Shown piece after piece: positions 18,554 to 27,450 of a stretch of DNA of 64,000 nucleotides. The stretch lies in the sequence record SRR20825010_6612; one strand, 5' to 3'. The position numbers and the translations under genes were made by a program. The first letter of the stretch is position 1; every line of letters begins with the position of its first letter. Below the pieces are notes generated by a model, which saw only the letters and a program-made list of their open reading frames with translations, searched no databases and was not told the origin of the DNA.

Positions 18554-21271
18554 ATGAAAAACATCTTAACTTCCGTTTTAGCATTTGGTTTCCTATTCAA
18601 CCTGATAAGCGTAAAAGCCCAACAGACAGTATGTTTAGGAACTGACGCTACCGTTTGTGCAGGAACCTCGATAACGATACAAGATTGTACTCCGGGATCT
18701 GGAAACAGCAATGCTGTGCAATTAACCTCTCCAAGTTCAGTATCGCTTTCTGACGATCAGTGGAGCGCAGCAGTTCCAATTGGATTTACCTTTAACTTTT
18801 ATGGAGTGAACTACACTCAAGCGGTAATTGGATCTAATTGTATTTTGTCTTTCAATCTTGCTAATGCTAACGGATATTGTCCTTGGTCATTTGCGGGCGT
18901 TGGACCTCTTCCTAATGCTGGATTTGCTGCCGCGAGAAATTCAATCATGCCAGCTTATCAAGATTTGAACCCATCTCCTTTTGTATCTCCAGGCGGTGCA
19001 ATCCAATATCAAACACTTGGTACAGCTCCTAATAGAAGATTTGTCGTGCTTTGGCGTGATATTGTATCTTTCGGTTGTAATGGAGATTGTAATTACGTAT
19101 CTACTATTTTGTATGAAACGACAAATGTCGTTGAAGTTCACATTGGTCAAACACCTATTTGTCCAAGTTGGAATTCTGGATTAAAAATTCAAGGAACGGA
19201 AAACAATGCAGGTAATGTTGCACACATGACTCCTGGAAGAAACAATACTGCATGGACGGCAAATCAAGATGCTCGAAGATGGACTCCAACTGCACCAGGT
19301 AACACTGCTAATTATACAATCACTCAAATTCCTTACTCCCTTATATTGAGTCCAAACTCTACATTAACATGGGCGAACACTTTAGGAAATACATATCCAT
19401 ACAATGCAGGAAACTTACTTGTTAACCCAGTTCCAGCAGGAACAACGGGTTATTTCTTAGTGGCAGGTGGTGCATGTGTTGGACCTGGAGGAGCTGGTGC
19501 TATATCAGATACAACATGGCTTACTTCCGTGAGTTCTTCGGTAACCGCGTCATCAGTTCCAGATATTTGTTCTGCTAGTCAAGGTTCGGTAACAGCTACT
19601 CCACTTACTGGTTTAGCACCTTATACATTCTTATGGCCAGGACTTGCTGGAGCAACGACACAAACTGTGAATAACGTAGCGGCAGGAACATATACTGTTA
19701 CTATGACAGATGCGAATGGATGTTCATCAAACGCAAGCGTTACTGTAGGTGATACACCTGCAGCGTTCTCAGGGACAACAACAGATGTTTCTTGTCCTGG
19801 AGGATCAGATGGAACAGCAACTGCAATTATGACTCCGCTTTTAGGAAACGTAACTTATCAGTGGGATGACCCATTGATGCAAACTACATCAACAGCAGTA
19901 GGTCTTCCAGCGGGACAATATACGTGTACAGTAACGTCGGATATCGGATGTACGGGAACAGTAGTTGTTAACGTAGTTGAGATCCCTGGAATGATTGGAG
20001 TTATCGTAAATCAACAAGATGTTACATGTAACAGTGGAGATGACGGAATCATTGAAGTTTCAGTAACTCAAGGAACTGGACCTTATACTTACTCGTGGAG
20101 TAATTCAACATCTACCACAAACATTGCAAATGACTTAGTTGTTGGTTCGCATACTGTTACTGTTACAGATGCTAACGGATGTGTAATTACGATTACTGGT
20201 GTTCTTGGTCAACCTGCATCATTATCTATAACTAATGTTACTCCGGACACTCAAATTTGTCCAGAAGATCCTATCACGCTTAATGTAAGTGGATCAGGAG
20301 GGTCTTCACCATACACTTTCACTTGGACAGAAAACGGAACTGTTATTGGAACTGGATCATCAATGATTGTGGATCCGTCGGTGACAAACACTCAATATTG
20401 TGTAACACTTTCAGAGCAATGTGGATCACCAACAGACAATGCTTGTTTGATGATTACATTCCCTACACCAATTATTCCTTCTCTTACTGCTGATGAGTAC
20501 GAGAAGTGTATGCCAGGAAGATTTGAATTTACAAATACATCAAGTAATTCAGGAGAGATTGCAACAACACTCTTTGAATTCGGAGATGGTAATATGTTCA
20601 TCGAAACGGGAGCTGATTCAACTAATCACGCTTACAACAAGGTTGGAATTTTTGATGTTATCATGACTACAACATCTATTTACGGTTGTGTTTACAAAGA
20701 TACTTTCCCTGACTTCGTTGAAGTAAAACCGAATCCAATTGCAGATTTCACATTCTCGTCAAATCCAGCAACGATTTTCGAGACAAAAGTAATCATGCAA
20801 GATAGATCTTCTTTTGATGTTGTTAACTGGGAATGGATAAGTCCATACTCTACTCCAACGTCGAGCGCGATTACAAAACCTACATTCGTATTCCCACAAG
20901 AAGTTGGAGATTATCCGGTAACTCTTGTAGTAACTACAGAGCACGGATGTGTAGACACGGTTACGTTCTACTTAAAAGTGATCCAAGATATTTTATTCTT
21001 CGCTCCTAATGCATTCACGCCAGACGGAGATGAGCACAACCAAACATGGAAACCGCAAATTCAAGGAATCGACATTTACGACTTCGATTTACTGATCTTC
21101 AACAGATGGGGAGAAGTAATCTGGGAGAATCATGATCCAAACGTTGGTTGGGATGGAACTTACAAAGGAAAACCTGTTGACGCTGGAATGTTTACTTGGC
21201 GAGCAACGGTGAAAAATCCATACAATGACGCTAGAGCAGAATTTAGTGGGTCAATAAACCTCTTAAAATAG
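18554..21271 (+). CDS. T9SS type B sorting-domain (gliding motility-associated C-terminal domain) surface protein with NIDO-like domain, SprB-like repeats and PKD domains
   Basis: Signal peptide; PIGFTFNFYG NIDO-like motif; repeated GTYTVTVTDANGC; PKD FEFGDG; C-terminal FAPNAFTPDGDEHN...IFNRWGE...WDG. Confidence 0.9.
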   Translation: MKNILTSVLAFGFLFNLISVKAQQTVCLGTDATVCAGTSITIQDCTPGSGNSNAVQLTSPSSVSLSDDQWSAAVPIGFTFNFYGVNYTQAVIGSNCILSFNLANANGYCPWSFAGVGPLPNAGFAAARNSIMPAYQDLNPSPFVSPGGAIQYQTLGTAPNRRFVVLWRDIVSFGCNGDCNYVSTILYETTNVVEVHIGQTPICPSWNSGLKIQGTENNAGNVAHMTPGRNNTAWTANQDARRWTPTAPGNTANYTITQIPYSLILSPNSTLTWANTLGNTYPYNAGNLLVNPVPAGTTGYFLVAGGACVGPGGAGAISDTTWLTSVSSSVTASSVPDICSASQGSVTATPLTGLAPYTFLWPGLAGATTQTVNNVAAGTYTVTMTDANGCSSNASVTVGDTPAAFSGTTTDVSCPGGSDGTATAIMTPLLGNVTYQWDDPLMQTTSTAVGLPAGQYTCTVTSDIGCTGTVVVNVVEIPGMIGVIVNQQDVTCNSGDDGIIEVSVTQGTGPYTYSWSNSTSTTNIANDLVVGSHTVTVTDANGCVITITGVLGQPASLSITNVTPDTQICPEDPITLNVSGSGGSSPYTFTWTENGTVIGTGSSMIVDPSVTNTQYCVTLSEQCGSPTDNACLMITFPTPIIPSLTADEYEKCMPGRFEFTNTSSNSGEIATTLFEFGDGNMFIETGADSTNHAYNKVGIFDVIMTTTSIYGCVYKDTFPDFVEVKPNPIADFTFSSNPATIFETKVIMQDRSSFDVVNWEWISPYSTPTSSAITKPTFVFPQEVGDYPVTLVVTTEHGCVDTVTFYLKVIQDILFFAPNAFTPDGDEHNQTWKPQIQGIDIYDFDLLIFNRWGEVIWENHDPNVGWDGTYKGKPVDAGMFTWRATVKNPYNDARAEFSGSINLLK

Positions 21272-21297
21272 TATACTGCTATCACTACTAAACCATG

Positions 21298-21325
21298 AAA
21301 GGAGTTCATAATTTGAACTCCTTTT
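21298..21325 (+). terminator. Intrinsic terminator
   Basis: aaaggagttca-taatt-tgaactcctttt. Confidence 0.8.
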
Positions 21326-21330
21326 GTTTT

Positions 21331-21345
21331 TGGTACTGATTTTGC
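21331..21345 (+). promoter_or_regulatory. Candidate sigma54 -24/-12 promoter (TGGTAC-N5-TTGC)
   Basis: GG at 21332-33 and GC at 21344-45, the exact 12-nt spacing, upstream of the DUF4197 gene. Confidence 0.55.
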
Positions 21346-21391
21346 GTAGACATGATAAATTAAGTTTGTAAGTTTGAAAAAAAATAACGCT

Positions 21392-22138
21392 ATGAAAAAA
21401 ACGATCATACCTATTACAGTTTTCTCCTTGATGTTTTTGAGTTCCTGTGATGTCTTGAACGACGTTGCTGGTGTTTTAGTCGAGTCTCCAAGTGGAACTA
21501 CTACTCCCGCCTTAACAAATGGTGAAGTAATCTCTGGACTAAAAGAAGCGTTGAATGTTGGAATAAAAAATTCAGTGAATCTTACTTCCATTACCGATGG
21601 ATTTTGGAAAAATGACGCTATAAAACTTCCTTTTCCACAAGATGCAATGCGCGTTCGTGAAAAAGCACTAGAATGGGGTCTTGATGGACAAGTTGAAAAA
21701 TTCGAAGTGACGTTAAATCGTGCTGCAGAAGAAGCAACAAAAGAAGCACTTCCGATTTTTAAAAATGCCATATTGAATATGAGTATTTCTGATGGTTTTG
21801 CAATTCTCAATGGTGGTGACGGTGCAGCAACTAGTTTCTTGAGAGATAAAACTACTGCAGAACTCGTTCAAGCTTTTGCTCCGAAGGTAAAAACGGCAAT
21901 TGCAACAGTAAAGCTTACCGATTATTGGGAGCCGATTGTTTCGAAGTATAATACCTTCGCGAACAGTCCGTTTAGCAATGCGCAACCAGTAAATCCTGAT
22001 TTGAACGAATACGTAACGGAAAGAGCTATCGCGGGTCTATTCCACATGGTTGAACAAGAAGAAAATAAAATCCGTAAAGATCCTGCTGCACGAGTGACAG
22101 ATATTCTCGAAAAAGTTTTCGGAAGCCTAGGAAAATAA
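21392..22138 (+). CDS. DUF4197 family lipoprotein
   Basis: Lipobox LSSC; GLKEAL..G, LNRAAEEA, AAT.FL and EENKIRKDPAAR motifs. Confidence 0.92.
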   Translation: MKKTIIPITVFSLMFLSSCDVLNDVAGVLVESPSGTTTPALTNGEVISGLKEALNVGIKNSVNLTSITDGFWKNDAIKLPFPQDAMRVREKALEWGLDGQVEKFEVTLNRAAEEATKEALPIFKNAILNMSISDGFAILNGGDGAATSFLRDKTTAELVQAFAPKVKTAIATVKLTDYWEPIVSKYNTFANSPFSNAQPVNPDLNEYVTERAIAGLFHMVEQEENKIRKDPAARVTDILEKVFGSLGK

Positions 22139-22157
22139 TAATTCATTGAATAGCTTG

Positions 22158-22190
22158 AAGGGTGTTGCATTATTTGCGACACCTTTTTTT
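22158..22190 (+). terminator. Intrinsic terminator
   Basis: ggtgttgca-ttatt-tgcgacacc stem followed by T7. Confidence 0.8.
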
Positions 22191-22238
22191 GCTTAAAACA
22201 GTTCATTATTCTTATTTTGAACATCAAATTAAAAATCT

Positions 22239-23102
22239 ATGCAGTATCCCGCATCTGAACTAGTGCTTAACGATCATGGACAAGTGTATCACTTGGGAAT
22301 TTCTCCAGAGAACATTTCGGACAAAATTATTTTAGTTGGTGACCAAGCACGAGTGGATTTAGTAGCTTCTTTTTTTAGTTCCGTAGAACATACTTCTCAA
22401 CACCGAGAATTTGCCTGTAAAACGGGAGTTTATAATGGAAAAAGAATAACTGCACTTTCAACAGGAATTGGAACGGATAATATAGACATTACAATCAATG
22501 AACTCGATGCACTCGTAAATATTGACCTTGAAAAAAGAGTCGACAAACCTGCACATACATCGCTTTCACTTATTCGCATCGGCACATGTGGAATATTGCA
22601 ACCAGAAATACCCGTCCATTCTTATATTCTCTCAACTCACGCGCTAGGATTAGACAATATCGCTCACTTCTACTCTATCGATTTTAGTTCAGAAGAGCAG
22701 CTCTTAAACGCAAAATTAAATGCTCAGCTTTCGTTACCCGAACAGGTCAATACGTATTTAGTGAAAGCTACGGATAGTCTCACCGACTCTCTGCGTTCGG
22801 AGCACACACATGAAGGAATCACGGTTACCTCAAGTGGATTTTACGGTCCGCAGGGAAGACAATTGCGTTTAAAGAACACCGTTGGAAGTTTAAATGAACG
22901 TCTCACGTTGTTTAGTCATGACGGGCATCAAGTTACCAACTTTGAGATGGAAAGCTCTGCACTTTTCGCGCTAGGAAGAGCCTTGGGGCATGAATGTGCG
23001 ACCATCTGTCTCGGAATTGCCAATAGACCAAACATGGAATTTTCAAAAGGATACAGAGAAGAAATGTTAGGACTCATTCAATATGTATTAGACAGAATTT
23101 AG
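22239..23102 (+). CDS. Nucleoside (uridine) phosphorylase, PNP/UDP family
   Basis: YHLG, VGD..RV, STGIG, IRIGTCG, GFYGPQGR and NFEME motifs. Confidence 0.92.
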   Translation: MQYPASELVLNDHGQVYHLGISPENISDKIILVGDQARVDLVASFFSSVEHTSQHREFACKTGVYNGKRITALSTGIGTDNIDITINELDALVNIDLEKRVDKPAHTSLSLIRIGTCGILQPEIPVHSYILSTHALGLDNIAHFYSIDFSSEEQLLNAKLNAQLSLPEQVNTYLVKATDSLTDSLRSEHTHEGITVTSSGFYGPQGRQLRLKNTVGSLNERLTLFSHDGHQVTNFEMESSALFALGRALGHECATICLGIANRPNMEFSKGYREEMLGLIQYVLDRI

Positions 23103-23238
23103 GGGATTGACTGTTGTTTTTGAGCGACGACTTCTCTATTTTTAAATGTTAATGTTTATTTTTTGTTCCAATTTCGTTTGTTCCAGACTAAAGCTTCGCT
23201 ATTTTAGTAATTAATTAGATCTCTCATCATTTAGAATT

Positions 23239-23781
23239 ATGAAAAAACTACTTTACATCCCTATTTTGCTAATTGCTCTTCTGGTTGTTTCCTGCGGAGG
23301 AAGTGGAAACATGTCGAATGAAAATGATACGGAAGGAAAAATAACTGTTACCAGCGCTATTGAATTCGCAGACCTTCTTGAATCAATTGTGGACACAGTG
23401 TATCGTGGATTTAATATTATTGAGGATTTGGATGGAGCTGATGTTCCAGAATCAGTATTCTTAAAAAATGTTTCAAATCTAGAGGATGAAATTTCAAGTG
23501 CTAAGACGAAATTAAAGACCATTGAACCTTTCGGTGAAAACCCAGAACCTTTGATGGAGGCGGCTCGCAAATGTTTAGTTGCTTCAAAAAAGCTGCTTTC
23601 CTTCTTAAAGAAAAATGCTGAGCTGCTTTCTAAGCCAGACAATTTATGGACGGATTCAGAATTTGAAAAATTCGACAAAATGCATACGAAGTTTAACGAG
23701 GGGTTAGAAAACTCTATCGACAAATTGTTTGAAGTGAGTGATCATTATTTAGACATTCAACCCGCACCAACTAAGTCATAG
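23239..23781 (+). CDS. Hypothetical helical lipoprotein
   Basis: Lipobox VVSC; charged helical body. Confidence 0.75.
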   Translation: MKKLLYIPILLIALLVVSCGGSGNMSNENDTEGKITVTSAIEFADLLESIVDTVYRGFNIIEDLDGADVPESVFLKNVSNLEDEISSAKTKLKTIEPFGENPEPLMEAARKCLVASKKLLSFLKKNAELLSKPDNLWTDSEFEKFDKMHTKFNEGLENSIDKLFEVSDHYLDIQPAPTKS

Positions 23782-23828
23782 TCAACTTACTTCTAGACTT
23801 GAAGATTTTCGATTTAATCGATTATAGA

Positions 23829-24317
23829 TTAATCAACAGATGAAATAGGACGATATACGAACACCTTTCCTTTTACGACATCTTTGAAGTTAAACGGTGA
23901 CTCTCCAACCTTCTTTCCATGTTCACCAGTATTCTGATGGATTAGAATTAACTCGTCATTCGACGTTGCTGACGAGACTATGGCCGTGTGATGATCCATT
24001 TGTTCTATGAAATTCGCTCCATTTCGAGTGTATTTTAATCGCACTTTCTCGAATTGAATAATATCTCCAGGGAAAATGCATTCTTCGCTAGGATTGACTA
24101 GTCTTCCAAACAAATAAAGTCCGTCCCAATTGGCATTTGTTTCCGTTAAAACATAGTCCGCAAGATCCCAGCACTCTCCCCTGTCGACTTTTTTTCCTGT
24201 TTTTGCCTTTGCAAGCTTTACAATGTCGCGGTTTAATTCAGGAACAGAATCGCATTCTTGTCCAATCACGGATCCACATAAAAGAACCCCAATAAATAGA
24301 AAAATAACTCCCTTCAT
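23829..24317 (-). CDS. Secreted cysteine-proteinase-fold (CHAP/NlpC-P60-like) protein
   Basis: Signal peptide; GECWDLA (Cys), PGDIIQF, HHTAIV (His) and HQN motifs. Confidence 0.7.
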   Translation of the reverse strand: MKGVIFLFIGVLLCGSVIGQECDSVPELNRDIVKLAKAKTGKKVDRGECWDLADYVLTETNANWDGLYLFGRLVNPSEECIFPGDIIQFEKVRLKYTRNGANFIEQMDHHTAIVSSATSNDELILIHQNTGEHGKKVGESPFNFKDVVKGKVFVYRPISSVD

Positions 24318-24345
24318 ATCATTTTAACGTTTCTGTGATAAAACA

Positions 24346-25041
24346 TTACACTATCTCTTTCAAAATTCTTTTAATCCGTTCTTTATCCACTTTTAGAATT
24401 GTTTCGGAGAACTTAGATTCTTCATCCAAAAGATGCTTTACAGTTCCCGAAAAATGAACCGCATCAGGAGCCACCAATTCGATTAGCTTCTTAACGTTTG
24501 CGGCATTTACACCACCACCTGGCATTATCTCAATCCTATCTCCAGCATGTTTTTTCATCTCAATAAGAATTGGTAAACCAAGTTCGACGTTTCTTGCCAA
24601 ACCTGATGACAAAATTCGATGAACACCAAGTTGAATCAAACAATCTATGGATTTATAGGCATCAAGTGTATCATCAAAAGCTCGATGAAAAGTGACTTGC
24701 ATGTTTCCTGCCTTTCGAACCATCAACTCAACGGCTTTTTGATGGATCAGTCCCATTTCATTCAACACACCTACAACTACGCCTTGAGCTCCAATTTGCT
24801 GGCATTCAGAAATATCTCGAAGCATAATCTCAACTTCGTCATCAGAATACCTAAATCCACCAGAACGCGGTCGGATAAGTACGTGCGTTTCTATCCCCAG
24901 TGCTACCGAAAACTCAATAAATCCGGGCGATGGAGTCAATCCTCCTTGTTCTAAACTTTGACACAATTCAATTCGATCTATCTCAAATTCCTTCGCGAGA
25001 TGAACCGCTTCAATGGATGCTGCGCACAATTCCGTTTTCAT
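24346..25041 (-). CDS. cutC: Copper homeostasis protein CutC family (TIM barrel)
   Basis: RIELC, GGLTPS, LIRPRSGGF, VTFHRAFD and IMPGGGV motifs. Confidence 0.95.
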   Translation of the reverse strand: MKTELCAASIEAVHLAKEFEIDRIELCQSLEQGGLTPSPGFIEFSVALGIETHVLIRPRSGGFRYSDDEVEIMLRDISECQQIGAQGVVVGVLNEMGLIHQKAVELMVRKAGNMQVTFHRAFDDTLDAYKSIDCLIQLGVHRILSSGLARNVELGLPILIEMKKHAGDRIEIMPGGGVNAANVKKLIELVAPDAVHFSGTVKHLLDEESKFSETILKVDKERIKRILKEIV

Positions 25042-25042
25042 A

Positions 25043-27325
25043 CTATTGGCTATAAACAATTTTTACTTCATCAATGAACGTCCATGGAAGGTTCCCTGCC
25101 CCCGACAATCCTTCTGGAATTTTATCCATTGGGTGAACAATCACTTTTACAAAACTTGCTTTTCTTCGCTTTCCCGATAAAGAAACATCACAGTGCGCTG
25201 ATCCTTGACTGCTCACGGAAGTAGTTGCCATGTGTTTCCATTTACGTTTATTCTTCGAAGAAAGTACATCGATGCTAACAGGAAGGTAAATCCATGAACC
25301 ATTATCGTCCAATAGTCCTATTTTAAGCCCCTCTACCGTTCTTTTTTTCTCCAAGTCAATCACTAACTCTATCTCACCAGATTGAAAGCCTAACCATTCA
25401 TTTCCTTTCCATGGAATACTTCCGTGAACTCCATCCACTAAATTTAAGCTTCCGTTATTATTGTACTTTTCGTTGGGTTCTGGCTTAATTTCAATTGGCA
25501 ATCCGAGACTTCCATGAACTTCAAAAAGATAGTTAACTTCACCAGAAAAACCATTTGAGCTTACCCTGTATTTATAATTTGCTCCATCCGTTGTATTCGG
25601 TCTAAAAAGCATAATTGAATCATTTCCGTTAATCACAAATCCTTCTAAACCTTTCCAAAAAGGATCGCTTACACTTTGCTTAACGTACAATTGATCGCTT
25701 TCTTTCGCGCCTTTTAACTGGAAATCGATTCCATTTTCCATTCTTTGCATAGTAATGGAAGGTAGGTGAATTGACCGCGCAAAATTTACCTCGTGTTGTT
25801 CTAAGAACGGCTCATGTCGTCCTAAATACATTTGTAAAAAGGCATTGTATTCTATTTTATCAAAGCACCACAGCGCTTGTGATAGTGCAATTGCCCTTGG
25901 ATATGTCATATACTCAACATGTTCCATAGAAGAGATGTATTCCGTCCACAAATTTGCTTGTCCACCAAGGATGTAGCTTGCATCTTCTACGGATAATCCG
26001 GAAGGTATTGGTTCAAATTCATAAACCTTGTTCAATGGAAGGTATCCACCAATGGCCAATGGCTCAATTGCGTGACCACTTTGATAATAATCAAAATAGC
26101 AATTACTCATAGGAGTCATTACCACTGAATGATGTTGCTTTGCCGCTTCAATTCCTCCAGCGGTCCCTCTCCAAGACATCACGGCAGCGTTGGGCGACAA
26201 ACCACCTTCCAAAATCTCGTCCCATCCGATGATTTTCTTTCCTTTGGAAGTGACAAAATCGTCTATTTGCATTATCACATAGCTTTGTAATTCATGCTCA
26301 TCTTTCAGGTTGTTTTCCGCAATTATCCGCTGACAATCGTTGCATGCGTTCCAACGCACTTTTGGGGCTTCATCACCTCCAATGTGAATGTATTCAGAAG
26401 GAAACAGTTCAATTACTTCGGAGAGAACATCTTTCAAAAAATCAATGGATTCTTTTTTGGAACAATAAATATCATCGAATACTCCCCACAAACCAGGAAC
26501 AGGAAGTTGTTCGCCAGTGCATGATAATTCAGGGTATGCGGCTAACGCTGCACGACTATGTCCAGGCAATTCGATTTCAGGGACTACCGTTATGTATTTA
26601 GAACTTGCATATTGAACGACCTCTTTTACTTGCTCTTGCGTGTAAAATCCTCCGTAGTGTTCTTTCTCGTAGCTTCTTGGAAAATCTGAAAAATGTCCAA
26701 TTACGGTACTATCTCTAAAAGCACCTATTTCTGTCAATTTTGGGTATTTCTTGATCTCTATTCTCCAACCTTGATCATCCGTCAGGTGCCAATGAAAGGT
26801 GTTGAATTTATAAAGTGCCATTAAATCAATGTATCGTTTTACTTCCTCTACGGTGAAAAAATGTCTGCTTACATCTAAATGTAATCCACGCCATTCGAAA
26901 CGCGGTGCATCGTATACAAATGCGTGATCAATTAGCAAATAGTCACCATCAAAGCTAATTAGTTGAATGAATGAATTCATAGCATAGAATGCACTTGCAT
27001 CTGAGCTAAATGAAATGACTTTGTTTACGTCAGAATAATCGATGGAATAAGAATCCTTTTGAACATTGTTCAATTTTGTAAATCGTAGGGCATTTGGCGA
27101 TTTGCTTTCTATAACTTTCATGCCATAGAGCATCAATAATTCTTTCACCAAAAAATCCTTTGATGGTTCTGGTAGGCTTGTGAAATCAACCAATATTTCC
27201 TTTTCAAGAATGCTTTTTTTACCGTCTGGATTATAGGTGATCGGTGTTGGTAAAACGGGACATTGATCGCGTTGAGAGATTCCGCTGAAAGAAAACAAAA
27301 GGAGAAAGAAAACTAACAATTTCAT
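25043..27325 (-). CDS. Beta-N-acetylhexosaminidase (GH20) with C-terminal F5/8-type-C-like domain
   Basis: WRGLHLDVSRHF, HWHLTDDQGWR, VPEIELPGH, catalytic HIGGDE and GGQANLWTE motifs. Confidence 0.95.
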   Translation of the reverse strand: MKLLVFFLLLFSFSGISQRDQCPVLPTPITYNPDGKKSILEKEILVDFTSLPEPSKDFLVKELLMLYGMKVIESKSPNALRFTKLNNVQKDSYSIDYSDVNKVISFSSDASAFYAMNSFIQLISFDGDYLLIDHAFVYDAPRFEWRGLHLDVSRHFFTVEEVKRYIDLMALYKFNTFHWHLTDDQGWRIEIKKYPKLTEIGAFRDSTVIGHFSDFPRSYEKEHYGGFYTQEQVKEVVQYASSKYITVVPEIELPGHSRAALAAYPELSCTGEQLPVPGLWGVFDDIYCSKKESIDFLKDVLSEVIELFPSEYIHIGGDEAPKVRWNACNDCQRIIAENNLKDEHELQSYVIMQIDDFVTSKGKKIIGWDEILEGGLSPNAAVMSWRGTAGGIEAAKQHHSVVMTPMSNCYFDYYQSGHAIEPLAIGGYLPLNKVYEFEPIPSGLSVEDASYILGGQANLWTEYISSMEHVEYMTYPRAIALSQALWCFDKIEYNAFLQMYLGRHEPFLEQHEVNFARSIHLPSITMQRMENGIDFQLKGAKESDQLYVKQSVSDPFWKGLEGFVINGNDSIMLFRPNTTDGANYKYRVSSNGFSGEVNYLFEVHGSLGLPIEIKPEPNEKYNNNGSLNLVDGVHGSIPWKGNEWLGFQSGEIELVIDLEKKRTVEGLKIGLLDDNGSWIYLPVSIDVLSSKNKRKWKHMATTSVSSQGSAHCDVSLSGKRRKASFVKVIVHPMDKIPEGLSGAGNLPWTFIDEVKIVYSQ

Positions 27326-27394
27326 GGGTTGAAGATATTTAAATTCAACCAAGAATCTAGTCACATTCTGAAATAACTTATTTGACGTTTGGAC

Positions 27395-27430
27395 AAAAAA
27401 AACGAGGCCATCTTTTCAGACAGCCTCGTT
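27395..27430 (-). terminator. Intrinsic terminator of the large T9SS cargo gene
   Basis: aacgaggc/gcctcgtt stem with an A-run on the left. Confidence 0.75.
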
Positions 27431-27450
27431 AAACAAATTCTATTTAAGAA

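Noticed and set aside
21160-21810. 216-aa antisense ORF
   Set aside because: It overlaps two well-supported plus-strand genes and a terminator, so it is a shadow ORF.
23253-23723. 156-aa antisense ORF
   Set aside because: It lies fully opposite a lipoprotein gene with a clear lipobox, and its Ser/Phe-rich composition is typical of an antisense frame.
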